A program made the translations under genes and the position numbers. Under the pieces are notes generated by a model. The model saw only the letters and a list, made by a program, of their open reading frames with translations, made no database searches and was not told the DNA's origin. Shown here piece after piece: positions 8,721 through 17,344 of a stretch of 37,876 nucleotides of DNA. The stretch is from a virus (lineage: Duplodnaviria > Caudoviricetes), in the IMG/VR virus record IMGVR_UViG_3300005805_000009, positions 1 through 37,876 of that record; one strand, given 5' to 3'. Numbering within the stretch: position 1 is the stretch's first letter; every line of letters begins with the position of its first letter.

Positions 8721-9525
8721 CTTCTTTATTGAGAAATGCTTTGAGTGGATAAAATATTAAACTATTCCTATATCCCCCCTCGTATGTTGGGATGATAGGG
8801 GTAACTCCATGAACATTCTTCCACGCAGGGTAAACGAGCATTGAATTATCTTGTTGTCCGAATGTGGCATTATAATCAGGAACGTGTAAGTCGCCACCTT
8901 TGGCATTGTGTTTCTTACAGATAATGACATTGACCGCACCAACTATGTTGCCTGTATCACGATGGAATGGTGCTGATATATTATAATTTGAAATAGAACT
9001 TGTAAACATATTAGCGAATCGCCACTTCTCATCAACTCCTTCAAAGATTTTCATTTGTCTAGCGTATTGTTCCGGCATATATTCTTTGATAACCTGTTCG
9101 CTTTCTTTGGCTAACATAAGCATCGCCTTTATGAATGTCTGTGCTGATTCAACTCCATGAACGGATGATATAGTTCCATAGTAACGCATGAATTGTGGTT
9201 TCGGTGGAACGCTTCCTAATATAACTGACATCTGTGTTGTGCCTACCTTCCTTGCCTGTTCCCTTGTCATTCCGGGATTCTTTATCTGTGCTTTCAACAC
9301 ATCCGACCTATCAAGTTTTGTTTTCGGTACTCTCTTACTATTGAATTCGCTATTCGCTATGTCGGCAAGTTTACACATCCTTTCTGGCATCTTGGTAATA
9401 TAGAACCCTATCGGTTCGCCATTCTCATATAAAATACAATCATCAACTACATTCGGTTCCCTGTATTCACATCGTGAACCTATCTTTGTAGTATGTTCAA
9501 CCTTCTGTAAATCAATGCGTTTCAT
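8680..9525 (-). CDS. TET/JBP-family 2-oxoglutarate/Fe(II) dioxygenase
   Basis: FTSSISNYN, HRD (HxD), GGDLHVP, distal HGVTP and YRNSLIFY (2OG-binding Arg) in the order expected for TET/JBP. Confidence 0.85.
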   Translation of the reverse strand: MKRIDLQKVEHTTKIGSRCEYREPNVVDDCILYENGEPIGFYITKMPERMCKLADIANSEFNSKRVPKTKLDRSDVLKAQIKNPGMTREQARKVGTTQMSVILGSVPPKPQFMRYYGTISSVHGVESAQTFIKAMLMLAKESEQVIKEYMPEQYARQMKIFEGVDEKWRFANMFTSSISNYNISAPFHRDTGNIVGAVNVIICKKHNAKGGDLHVPDYNATFGQQDNSMLVYPAWKNVHGVTPIIPTYEGGYRNSLIFYPLKAFLNKEDGQEKAHSENNIV

Positions 9526-9527
9526 AA

Positions 9528-10091
9528 TTAGTGTCTGTTTGGATAGTAGTTAAATCTAATAAAGTCCTGCTTATAGAATTCATATGCCATATCTTTTGTT
9601 TCGGGAGTCCAAAAATTTATGGACTGACTAACATTCAATGGGTTCAATAACTTTAAGAACAAATCATTTTCCATCTTATGAATATGAATACCCTGTTGTA
9701 GCATTTGTGATTGTGGTAAATAGTGCCTTTCCTTTTCCTCAATGTTTATGATAGCGTGTAAAAACTCTTTGAATGGCATACCGATATAGAATATATCTTC
9801 ATTAGGGAATACCTTTCTGTCCATTGACTTGTAAATCTTTTGGCTATACAAACTCATAACCCTGTCAAAAGGATTACGAACATAAGCGAAGTTGTAATAA
9901 TCGGGCAATACTTCTTCTGTGAATTTGAATCCAATGTCCTGTCCATGAATATCCATTTCGTTACCATTCTTGTATGGTATTGTTAGTCCTAACTCTTTGG
10001 CGAAATAAGTTTTCAAAGTAGTACAACAGGTTTTGGGCAGATACCAATATACTATCTTCTTTTCTTCTAGGATAATGCCACGATTTTTCAT
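9528..10091 (-). CDS. PAPS-dependent sulfotransferase (Sulfotransfer_2, carbohydrate sulfotransferase-like)
   Basis: 5'-PSB loop YLPKTCCTTLK, 3'-PB motif VRNPFDRVMSLY, HYLPQ, C-terminal YKQDFIRFNY. Confidence 0.88.
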   Translation of the reverse strand: MKNRGIILEEKKIVYWYLPKTCCTTLKTYFAKELGLTIPYKNGNEMDIHGQDIGFKFTEEVLPDYYNFAYVRNPFDRVMSLYSQKIYKSMDRKVFPNEDIFYIGMPFKEFLHAIINIEEKERHYLPQSQMLQQGIHIHKMENDLFLKLLNPLNVSQSINFWTPETKDMAYEFYKQDFIRFNYYPNRH

Positions 10092-10828
10092 TTCTTGTGT
10101 TTTAATTTGATTTCAAAAAACTCTTTATTCTTTTTAATATTATTGACTTGACAATGATTAGGGAACTTATTCAAAAGGTATAGGCCACTAGCCTTCACTC
10201 TTTCTTTTGTTCGTGTTATCTGCATACCACCTTTCATCTTGTAGTAATTAGTATCAATCGCTATGTTGTTGAATCTCAATACACTACCGAACTTGATGTA
10301 ATATAATATGCTCCTTTCATAATCCCCTTTATCATCTATGGTCTGTGTTAGGAAGTTGTCATGGTCTATGATTTGACCGAAACAAGCACCAACGATATAT
10401 CTTAAATCAGCACTCGGCTTCTTGTTGAACATAAATAAGCCATTCTTAACTGCTGATACACCCCATAACTTTGTGCCTATCTTCTTGGATAAATCAAATC
10501 CCCTCAATATCAATTCGTGTAATTCTGTAACTAATACTAGGTCTTTGACTGATACGGCTTTATATATCCCTGCTATATCATCATCCAAACTGAATACCAT
10601 CTCCCCATCTTGAAAGTAATGCCTAATATAGTTCCTTTGATTACGGATAGTTTCAACTCCAACGATTATGTTCTTTAATCCTAGAACGGAATAATCCTGC
10701 TTTTCCTGTTCGTTAGCAACGAATAGATAAACATTATCAAGGCTGATATTGGTTTTCTTTAAGTATGCTAGTGTTTTACTAGCGAATACATCAACTCTTT
10801 TGTAAGATGGTATGGCAATCTTATACAT
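10088..10828 (-). CDS. GT-A fold glycosyltransferase, TET-associated (TAGT/GREB1-like)
   Basis: IAIPSYKR, RNYI, LDDDI (DxD), GDYERS and GGMQ motifs; two genes upstream of the TET/JBP gene. Confidence 0.82.
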   Translation of the reverse strand: MYKIAIPSYKRVDVFASKTLAYLKKTNISLDNVYLFVANEQEKQDYSVLGLKNIIVGVETIRNQRNYIRHYFQDGEMVFSLDDDIAGIYKAVSVKDLVLVTELHELILRGFDLSKKIGTKLWGVSAVKNGLFMFNKKPSADLRYIVGACFGQIIDHDNFLTQTIDDKGDYERSILYYIKFGSVLRFNNIAIDTNYYKMKGGMQITRTKERVKASGLYLLNKFPNHCQVNNIKKNKEFFEIKLKHKK

Positions 10829-11414
10829 TCTTTTCCTTTTCTTCTTTCAACTTTTCCATAAGGAAGCCACCAATATACAATCCCTGTTCTCTCCACCACT
10901 TTACCAATTCCTGTGCCGCTTCATAGTGTTCTAGTTCAAACTCAATCTGTATGGCTTTCTTAATGTTCTTGGTCATATCGGATAGGTCGCTAGATAAATC
11001 ATCCTCGTTCAAGATGGATAAATCTATTTCTTCTGCCTTCTTCCATACATCCAATCCCCAATCATTTAGTTCGCTATCATCCCAATCATTAGCCAACACA
11101 TCCCAATCCCATTCACCGAATGATACGTTATCCTTGATGGTAAATTCTCTCTGTTCACTCTCTGTTAAATCCTTGGCAACGATAACAGGTATTTCTTTAA
11201 GTCCTGCTTCTTGACAGGCTCTTAAACGCATATTACCCCCTAGAATAACCATATCTGTATTGACAACGATAGGTCGTATTTCAAGCATCTTTGGGAAGTC
11301 CTTAATGGATTTCACTAATGCTTTATACTTATGGTCTTTTATTACCCTTGGATTTTCAGGGTTCGGTTGTACTTTATTTATCTTCAAGTACTGGAAGTGC
11401 ATCTGGGTTGCCAT
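10821..11414 (-). CDS. ParB/sulfiredoxin N-terminal domain protein with acidic C-terminus
   Basis: PNPENPR, RPIVV, ILGGNMRLRAC, KDNVSFGEWD motifs; no methyltransferase domain attached. Confidence 0.88.
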   Translation of the reverse strand: MATQMHFQYLKINKVQPNPENPRVIKDHKYKALVKSIKDFPKMLEIRPIVVNTDMVILGGNMRLRACQEAGLKEIPVIVAKDLTESEQREFTIKDNVSFGEWDWDVLANDWDDSELNDWGLDVWKKAEEIDLSILNEDDLSSDLSDMTKNIKKAIQIEFELEHYEAAQELVKWWREQGLYIGGFLMEKLKEEKEKNV

Positions 11415-11694
11415 AATCTTCGGATTGAGGTTCTAAAATAGGTTGTTCTGTTACTACGTTTTCAATACCATTTTCAGTTAGCCATTTGCTGAATGCTTCC
11501 GCTAGTTGAAAGATTGCCTCTTGTTGTGGCAGGGTTACACTTACTACTTTCTTGTCATTGTTGAAGTTAAGTGCAAAGGGTTTGTACTCTTGACTCATGT
11601 GATTGTTTTTATCGCCCTTGACCTCTGTATCTTTTTGGTCTTGGACTATGTTTATTAAAAGATTTCTTTGCTCTACCTGTTTTTCTTTTCCCAA
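11374..11694 (-). CDS. Hypothetical protein (true start probably further downstream)
   Basis: ORF in the co-oriented operon. Confidence 0.5.
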   Translation of the reverse strand: MGKEKQVEQRNLLINIVQDQKDTEVKGDKNNHMSQEYKPFALNFNNDKKVVSVTLPQQEAIFQLAEAFSKWLTENGIENVVTEQPILEPQSEDYGNPDALPVLEDK

Positions 11695-11705
11695 AAGATA
11701 TTTTC

Positions 11706-11963
11706 TTACTTTCGTTTTTTGATTTTGCCATTGTGCCTTTCTATTAAATATTCTATATGATGCTTCTTATCGCCGTATTCAATATGACAAGGCCTACACA
11801 ATGCCATCAGGTTTTCTATCGTGTCCTTGCCTTTTGAGGAACCCATACCCCTTGCGTTTATGTGGTGAATATCAACTGCTCTACTACCGCATAACTCACA
11901 AGGGATAAAGTCCTCTATACCATAACCGAAATGATTAAGATATACTTTTGTGTGGTTTTTCAT
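11706..11963 (-). CDS. HNH endonuclease
   Basis: CELCG...DIHH...NLMALCRPCH. Confidence 0.9.
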   Translation of the reverse strand: MKNHTKVYLNHFGYGIEDFIPCELCGSRAVDIHHINARGMGSSKGKDTIENLMALCRPCHIEYGDKKHHIEYLIERHNGKIKKRK

Positions 11964-12205
11964 TAAAAAGGTAAGTCAGTTGTTTCGTTTGTGGCTTTCT
12001 TGTAATCATTCAATGTGATTGACACATCTTTGCCATAATCGTTGGGGGCATCTGCTATGTTAATATTGATACTAACATAATCCTTACCTTCATAATGATA
12101 TGCGTGTTTGTGTGCTTCCGATAGGCATATTGAAGCAGTTAGCCATGTCGGGTTTCTTTTCTTTCCGCTACCTAGACGGATTTTTTTTGATTTGGTTTGT
12201 TCCAT
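11963..12205 (-). CDS. Small single-stranded DNA-binding-like protein
   Basis: Beta-rich 80 aa with an SSB-type C-terminal tail TDLPF. Confidence 0.55.
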   Translation of the reverse strand: MEQTKSKKIRLGSGKKRNPTWLTASICLSEAHKHAYHYEGKDYVSININIADAPNDYGKDVSITLNDYKKATNETTDLPF

Positions 12206-12220
12206 TTGGTTTTGATTTGA

Positions 12221-12565
12221 TTATTGTTTAGGTTTTCTTTTTTTCTTTGGTTGTTCAACTGCTACAAATTCTATGTCAGGTGCTGATTCTAATGGTACAT
12301 CAACTTGTACATCATCTTGTACAGGTAATGGTACATTCTGTGATACGTACCAATTATACAGGTGATTCACTAATTCTGCACGACAACTGCTACACCAATG
12401 CGAAAAGTTATGCTTATCGCTTACATATTTAGTGTATAAGTAAATTAGATTTGAGTAAACATCTTTTTCATAGTTCTTAACGAACTGATGCTTTTTCCAC
12501 ATTTCATATAAAGGATAATGTCTTTCAAACATTTCCTTATCCATTTCTTGTATCATAGTTCCCAT
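12221..12565 (-). CDS. Hypothetical protein with a CxxC motif
   Basis: WCSSC motif, basic C-terminus. Confidence 0.65.
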   Translation of the reverse strand: MGTMIQEMDKEMFERHYPLYEMWKKHQFVKNYEKDVYSNLIYLYTKYVSDKHNFSHWCSSCRAELVNHLYNWYVSQNVPLPVQDDVQVDVPLESAPDIEFVAVEQPKKKRKPKQ

Positions 12566-12819
12566 TTATTAGTTATTAAATCCTCTACGTAAAGATACAT
12601 AAAGGGTGCTATACTACCTATAAATATAGCATCTATAAAGTTTGTTTTCAACCATAAAGAAAAAAATGTTATCCAAAATGCTAGACAGAAGCCGCAACTG
12701 AATGGCTTTTGCATTTGTAATCCTGTGATTCTATTGAAGTGATATGGTGCTTTGAATATATACAACCATATCATTGGTAGGAATATCCCACCTGTTAAAC
12801 AAGTGATTGCTTGATACAT
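12553..12819 (-). CDS. Small membrane protein with CxxC (DUF1360-like)
   Basis: PFSCGFCLAFW between hydrophobic helices. Confidence 0.6.
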   Translation of the reverse strand: MYQAITCLTGGIFLPMIWLYIFKAPYHFNRITGLQMQKPFSCGFCLAFWITFFSLWLKTNFIDAIFIGSIAPFMYLYVEDLITNKWEL

Positions 12820-13289
12820 TTGCGTATGTTTTTAATTGTTATGAATATTGATGTATGTGGAATACCTGTTACGGCTGATACTTTCCTTACGCTTCCTAAT
12901 TCTATATACATTTTAAGTATTTCTTTGTCGTACCAATATAGTTGTTCTATCTTGCTTTCAATAGAATTGATTAGTGGTTGGTCATCAAATGTTTCATCTT
13001 CTTCACGCACGAACTTAACTATATCCTCAACAGGTAACAACTGATTATACAATCTCCACATCTTACCATACTTACTATGAAGTTGATTACAACAAATCCG
13101 TACAATCCAAAACTTAAATACCTGTTTCCCTTTCTGTTCTAAATCTTCTATCTTATCCTTATCATATTCTAGTACAATTAATGCCACCTCTTGACGCAAA
13201 TCTTCCCACAGGTCACGACCTATATTTTTGAAGGCTAGTTCAAACTCATTGTCGTATAACCATTTAATCGCTTTCAAAGTATTGGTCAA
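12795..13289 (-). CDS. ECF/sigma70-like transcription factor, probable late-gene activator
   Basis: EDLRQEV (region 2-like) and a region 4 HTH (L.WYDKEIL...SVRKVSAVTGIPHTSI...IK). Confidence 0.7.
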   Translation of the reverse strand: MTNTLKAIKWLYDNEFELAFKNIGRDLWEDLRQEVALIVLEYDKDKIEDLEQKGKQVFKFWIVRICCNQLHSKYGKMWRLYNQLLPVEDIVKFVREEDETFDDQPLINSIESKIEQLYWYDKEILKMYIELGSVRKVSAVTGIPHTSIFITIKNIRKCIKQSLV

Positions 13290-13644
13290 TCTTTTTTATT
13301 GTGTCTTGATAGCCTTGACCGAATACGGCTTTATATCCTCTGGCATATAATTTTGATAGCATAACTGCTTGTTCTTTATGATGTTCGTTCTGTCTTAATG
13401 TCCCATCCTTTTTAAATACTACATTATCCTCTGTCTTTAATTCTATAAACATACCATAGTATTGACCTCGTGGTTCTGCAATAAATATGTCAGGGAATGC
13501 TCTTGAAGATTGTAATGCCTTGTGCCTCTTGGCCATACCTATACTCATTCTCATACCACTAGCGAAATCACTACGGAATATAGCATTCGGGTACTTGGTT
13601 CTAATGTAATTGCAAACCATTATATGTATATCTTTTTCTAGCAC
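13264..13644 (-). CDS. VRR-NUC / PD-(D/E)xK nuclease
   Basis: EKDIH, FPDIFI, GMFIELK, EQ, GYKA motifs. Confidence 0.85.
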   Translation of the reverse strand: MLEKDIHIMVCNYIRTKYPNAIFRSDFASGMRMSIGMAKRHKALQSSRAFPDIFIAEPRGQYYGMFIELKTEDNVVFKKDGTLRQNEHHKEQAVMLSKLYARGYKAVFGQGYQDTIKKIDQYFESD

Positions 13645-13648
13645 AATA

Positions 13649-13656
13649 CAAAATTA
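13649..13656 (-). promoter_or_regulatory. Bacteroidota-type -7 promoter element TAATTTTG
   Basis: Exact TAnnTTTG 4 nt upstream of the GTG start at 13644, in an intergenic gap; no clear -33 TTTG. Confidence 0.45.
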
Positions 13657-13687
13657 AAAACAAATTTTTGTTATTACCTAATTTATT

Positions 13688-15025
13688 TTAAAAAGGATTT
13701 TCATATTCTTCAAATGCCATTAACTCACCTATGAAACGGAACGGAATATTTTTAAGACTGCCATGTCTGTTCTTGGCTATCTTAACAACACATAGTCCGT
13801 TGCTTGGTATAGTGTTACCACTAATTTCAATCTCGGGAATGTTATATGTTTCCGGCCGCATCAAGAATATAACACTATCAGCATCCTGTTCAATCCCACC
13901 ACTTTCACGCAGGTCAGATAGTTGTGGTAACTTGTCAGGCCTGTTTTCAACTGCCCTACTTAATTGTGATAACGCAATAACAGGTATGTCTAGTTCCTTG
14001 GCAAGTATTTTACAACCCCTACTAATTTCTGCTATCTCACTTTCCCTGTTACCTTTCCTATCAACTCCGCTCATAAGTTGCAGATAATCAATACAAAGTA
14101 ATTGTATATTGTACTTACGTTTCATAATGGTTGCCTTACTACGTAACTCACGAATGTTAAGGCTAGGACTATCATCAATGTACAATGGATATTTGAGCAT
14201 TTGATTTTCTGTTCTATTGATAATAGATTGCTCGTGTTCTGTGATAATATTGTGTCGCAGATTATGGTGCTTAATCTTGGTTACTAAACTTAATAACCTA
14301 TTTACTAACTGCGTTCCACTCATTTCTAAACTAAATACCCCTACGGCCTTGTCCTGTTGTAATACATTTAGTATTGTGTTAAGCATAAAGGCAGTCTTTC
14401 CCTGTGCGGGTCGGGCGGCAAGTATGATAAGGTCAGGATTAACCCATCCGCTGATAATCCTATTTAAACTTGGCCACCCTGTGTCAATACCTATCTGTCC
14501 ATTCTCAAATATCTGCCCTCGTTGTTTGGCTAACTCAAACAGATAGTGAAACATATTTAGTTCTGTGGACTTATATACTTTCTGTTGAGCATTGATAATT
14601 TCATTACTAGCACTATTCAATATGTTGCCAATCTCTGTGGTTGTATAGGAATTATTAATAAGTGTATGGCCTATCAATATACCCTGTCGTTGTAAGTACA
14701 GATGTTGTAATATGGCAACCCAATCTTGTATGTGAGCAGCACTCACAACATCATTAGTAAGTTTGACAATAGAATATGCTCCACCTACTTGTTCCAATTG
14801 ATTTGTTTGTGTTAAGTGATTAACGACTGTCACTAAATCAACTGCGATTGTTTTATCGTATAAGTGTACGATAGTGGTATAAATAATTTGATGGTGCTGA
14901 TTATAAAAGAAATCTACTGATAACTTGTTTACAACATCGGGAATACATCTAGGTTCTATAAGTAAAACACCTAGAATACTTTTTTCCACCGATATATCAT
15001 TCGGCGGTGCTTTTGTTTCGTACAT
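13688..15025 (-). CDS. dnaB: Replicative DNA helicase
   Basis: AARPAQGKT, FSLEMS, IDYLQLM, LSQLSR, SDLRESGGIEQDAD and KNRHG motifs. Confidence 0.97.
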   Translation of the reverse strand: MYETKAPPNDISVEKSILGVLLIEPRCIPDVVNKLSVDFFYNQHHQIIYTTIVHLYDKTIAVDLVTVVNHLTQTNQLEQVGGAYSIVKLTNDVVSAAHIQDWVAILQHLYLQRQGILIGHTLINNSYTTTEIGNILNSASNEIINAQQKVYKSTELNMFHYLFELAKQRGQIFENGQIGIDTGWPSLNRIISGWVNPDLIILAARPAQGKTAFMLNTILNVLQQDKAVGVFSLEMSGTQLVNRLLSLVTKIKHHNLRHNIITEHEQSIINRTENQMLKYPLYIDDSPSLNIRELRSKATIMKRKYNIQLLCIDYLQLMSGVDRKGNRESEIAEISRGCKILAKELDIPVIALSQLSRAVENRPDKLPQLSDLRESGGIEQDADSVIFLMRPETYNIPEIEISGNTIPSNGLCVVKIAKNRHGSLKNIPFRFIGELMAFEEYENPF

Positions 15026-15229
15026 TGGCCTGTTTTTTATGGTTATTTAATAGGGGTTACCCTGTTATATGGTTTGCCTGTTTTGGCTAAAATTGGGGGG
15101 GGTGGGTCTGTTTTAAGGTCATTTTAGGTCGTTTTTAGGGGGTTTTGGCCTAAAATAAGGGTTTGGGCTAGGTTAAGGGGTTAAAATGGCTATATGCGGC
15201 TAAAAACGGCATATAAACCGATTTATACC
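15026..15229. other. Non-coding region with phased T-tracts and G-tracts; candidate replication origin
   Basis: Lies between initiator and helicase genes; T-tracts start at 15111, 15122, 15132, 15143; G8 at 15095-15102. Confidence 0.45.
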
Positions 15230-15661
15230 TTATATGCTTATTTTGGTCACAAATCCCTTTATTTCATTTGTTTCCTTTATTTCCTTTGCATTAGCACCCC
15301 TACTAGCCACCCCATTACCCCATCTACGATTTGCCCCTTCCTTACCTTTGTCGGATAGTGTCTTACGAAGTTTCAAATGTTCTGCCAAACGGATGCTGAA
15401 AAATGTTTCATCCTGTATGACAAACAAATTGAACTGCCGAATAACGCAATCAACTTTGGCTTCTGTTACTTGCATCTGCATAGCGAGGACAGGGGTAATG
15501 TTCAAAGGCAATACTCCACCACTCAATGCCAATGCCTCAACTAAATACCAATAGATACCATAACCTTCCATACCTAATTGTTGGCGAAGGAATAACACCT
15601 TCACATCATTAGCCGCATTATAATCGTGGCTAAAATAATAAGAGTTTGATTTCATACACAT
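15230..15661 (-). CDS. Replication initiator-like protein (DUF4373 / Lin1244-like N-terminal domain)
   Basis: YYFSHDYNA.ND, GMEGYGIYW.LVE.L, FFS.RL; lies upstream of dnaB. Confidence 0.8.
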   Translation of the reverse strand: MCMKSNSYYFSHDYNAANDVKVLFLRQQLGMEGYGIYWYLVEALALSGGVLPLNITPVLAMQMQVTEAKVDCVIRQFNLFVIQDETFFSIRLAEHLKLRKTLSDKGKEGANRRWGNGVASRGANAKEIKETNEIKGFVTKISI

Positions 15662-15670
15662 AGTTACCGA

Positions 15671-15704
15671 AACACGAAAGCACCTGATTAGGTGCCTCGT
15701 GCTT
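15671..15704 (-). terminator. Stable intergenic hairpin (terminator or processing site)
   Basis: AAGCACGAGGCACCT-AATC-AGGTGCTTTCGTGTT; the U-tail is short. Confidence 0.45.
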
Positions 15705-15712
15705 GGATTTGT

Positions 15713-15949
15713 TTAGTTTAATAAATAAATCTTCCTTTCTTTTTTGTAATAATGAATCTTAATTAACTTATGCTTTTCTAGTGCGAATAACCAATTATTG
15801 ATTGTCATAGTACTAACATCAAATTCTAGGGCATAGAAGTTGTTATTCTTTTCTAGGTTATCGTTGTTTTCCTTTAACCATCCATAAAATAGTTTCGCTG
15901 CTGCCGTTAATTCTTTTTCATAAAACACATCACGTTCAATACAAATCAT
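15713..15949 (-). CDS. Helix-turn-helix protein
   Basis: ELTAAAKLFY...A.EFDVSTMTINNWL.ALEK..LI. Confidence 0.7.
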   Translation of the reverse strand: MICIERDVFYEKELTAAAKLFYGWLKENNDNLEKNNNFYALEFDVSTMTINNWLFALEKHKLIKIHYYKKERKIYLLN

Positions 15950-15952
15950 AAT

Positions 15953-16207
15953 CTACTTAATTAAATTGTTATAAATCTTTACCGCTTCTCTTTTGTTAAG
16001 GACATTGAACTTACCGAACTTAATCATTCTGCCGAACTTGTTTTTATGTGGCTGATTATCACAAACGATATTGACACCTGCTTTACGTAAATGTGTTATC
16101 GCTGATGTTGGGTTACATACTCCTAACTTAACTATGCTCATAGTTGTTTGCTCTCCTTGAAGTAATGAATACAATACTTCTGTTTTTTGATTGATTGGTT
16201 TTTTCAT
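15953..16207 (-). CDS. Small winged-HTH-like protein (start revised to 16207)
   Basis: MKKPINQK start overlaps the upstream stop (ATGA); AITHLRK.G.NI motif. Confidence 0.6.
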   Translation of the reverse strand: MKKPINQKTEVLYSLLQGEQTTMSIVKLGVCNPTSAITHLRKAGVNIVCDNQPHKNKFGRMIKFGKFNVLNKREAVKIYNNLIK

Positions 16208-16314
16208 TTTTTTAAAATTGATTTGATTAAGAAATAGAATTCTAGTGTTAGATATACGCATATAAATACAGGTATACTAATAAATAAGAAATACAACATT
16301 GATAGTAGTTTCAT
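16204..16314 (-). CDS. 36-aa single-pass membrane peptide (not in ORF track)
   Basis: MKLLSMLYFLFISIPVFICVYLTLEFYFLIKSILKK; ATGA overlaps at both ends. Confidence 0.6.
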   Translation of the reverse strand: MKLLSMLYFLFISIPVFICVYLTLEFYFLIKSILKK

Positions 16315-16703
16315 TTGTTTATCCTTTTTATTTTATGAATACAATGTAAAATGGTAGTATGGTCACGTTTTAAATACCTGCCTAATTCACTTGCCCCATA
16401 ACCTTCTTTATAGGCTTCAACACAAAATTTGTTACGCATAGTTATAACATCACGCTTCCTAGATTTTTCTGCTAGTTCTTTGTATGTTATATTATTCTGT
16501 AACATATACTGCTCTGCCCATTTCTTTAAACCGATTGCACTTTTTTTCTTGTGGATATATACTTCTTTTGTTTCGTGTACCACCTTAACAACCTCACGAG
16601 TGACTATCATGTTGTCAAGCAAAACTTTAATACGTTTCAAAGTATGGTCAGAGCAGTTAGTGTATAACTTTATGTATTTCAAAACATTATTTACTTGTTC
16701 CAT
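16311..16703 (-). CDS. Protein with a DnaA C-terminal-like HTH
   Basis: SRKRDV...R...ELGRYLKRDHTTILH. Confidence 0.75.
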   Translation of the reverse strand: MEQVNNVLKYIKLYTNCSDHTLKRIKVLLDNMIVTREVVKVVHETKEVYIHKKKSAIGLKKWAEQYMLQNNITYKELAEKSRKRDVITMRNKFCVEAYKEGYGASELGRYLKRDHTTILHCIHKIKRINK

Positions 16704-17344
16704 TTATCATTAAGTAAGTCATAAAGGTTATTTAAATATTTACCTGCCTTATCTATCTTAGATAGTAGCAACTCGCAATCTTCCATATTGATTGGAATAC
16801 GAAGGGTAAACATCTGTAAACCATCTGGCATTTCTTTACAATATGAAACGAAATCACAATACTGCCTGTTACTAACTAGCATATCACTTTGGCATTGCCA
16901 ATAGTATTCACGATACTTTGCTTTAAAGAACTCTACATCATTTACTAATCCATAGTGAATATGGTTTTGATAGTTGTATGGGCATTTAACTTGAATGATA
17001 CCATCATCATTAACGAACCCATCGGGAGTTCCACCATACAATCCTTCAATACATTCAATGTAACCGCAGTCAGTTACAATGTTGCCTGTCTTATTCATAT
17101 AGAATTGTATGGCTTCTGCTTCTAATTCTAGTCCATGAGTTGTGGCATCGCTTTTGAAATCACGATACACACCTGTTAATTTCTCTGCTAGTTTACCCAT
17201 CAGGTAATCTTTTGTTGTACTAGATAAATCGCCATTATCTTTTTTGGCTTTCTCTTTTGGTTCAACAATAAGATTCCAAATTGTGCTGCTTGTTATTTTT
17301 CCAAGTCGGGTTTTGAACCATTCTTGACTATACGTTTCTATCAT
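16691..17344 (-). CDS. YqaJ / lambda-exonuclease family recombination nuclease
   Basis: EWF..RLGKITSS, HGLELE, GTPDG, QVKCP, YYWQCQ. Confidence 0.9.
   Translation of the reverse strand: MIETYSQEWFKTRLGKITSSTIWNLIVEPKEKAKKDNGDLSSTTKDYLMGKLAEKLTGVYRDFKSDATTHGLELEAEAIQFYMNKTGNIVTDCGYIECIEGLYGGTPDGFVNDDGIIQVKCPYNYQNHIHYGLVNDVEFFKAKYREYYWQCQSDMLVSNRQYCDFVSYCKEMPDGLQMFTLRIPINMEDCELLLSKIDKAGKYLNNLYDLLNDKWNK

Noticed and set aside
8757-8942. Nested same-strand ORFs (also 29376..29585)
   Set aside because: They lie out of frame within conserved catalytic regions and show no independent signals.
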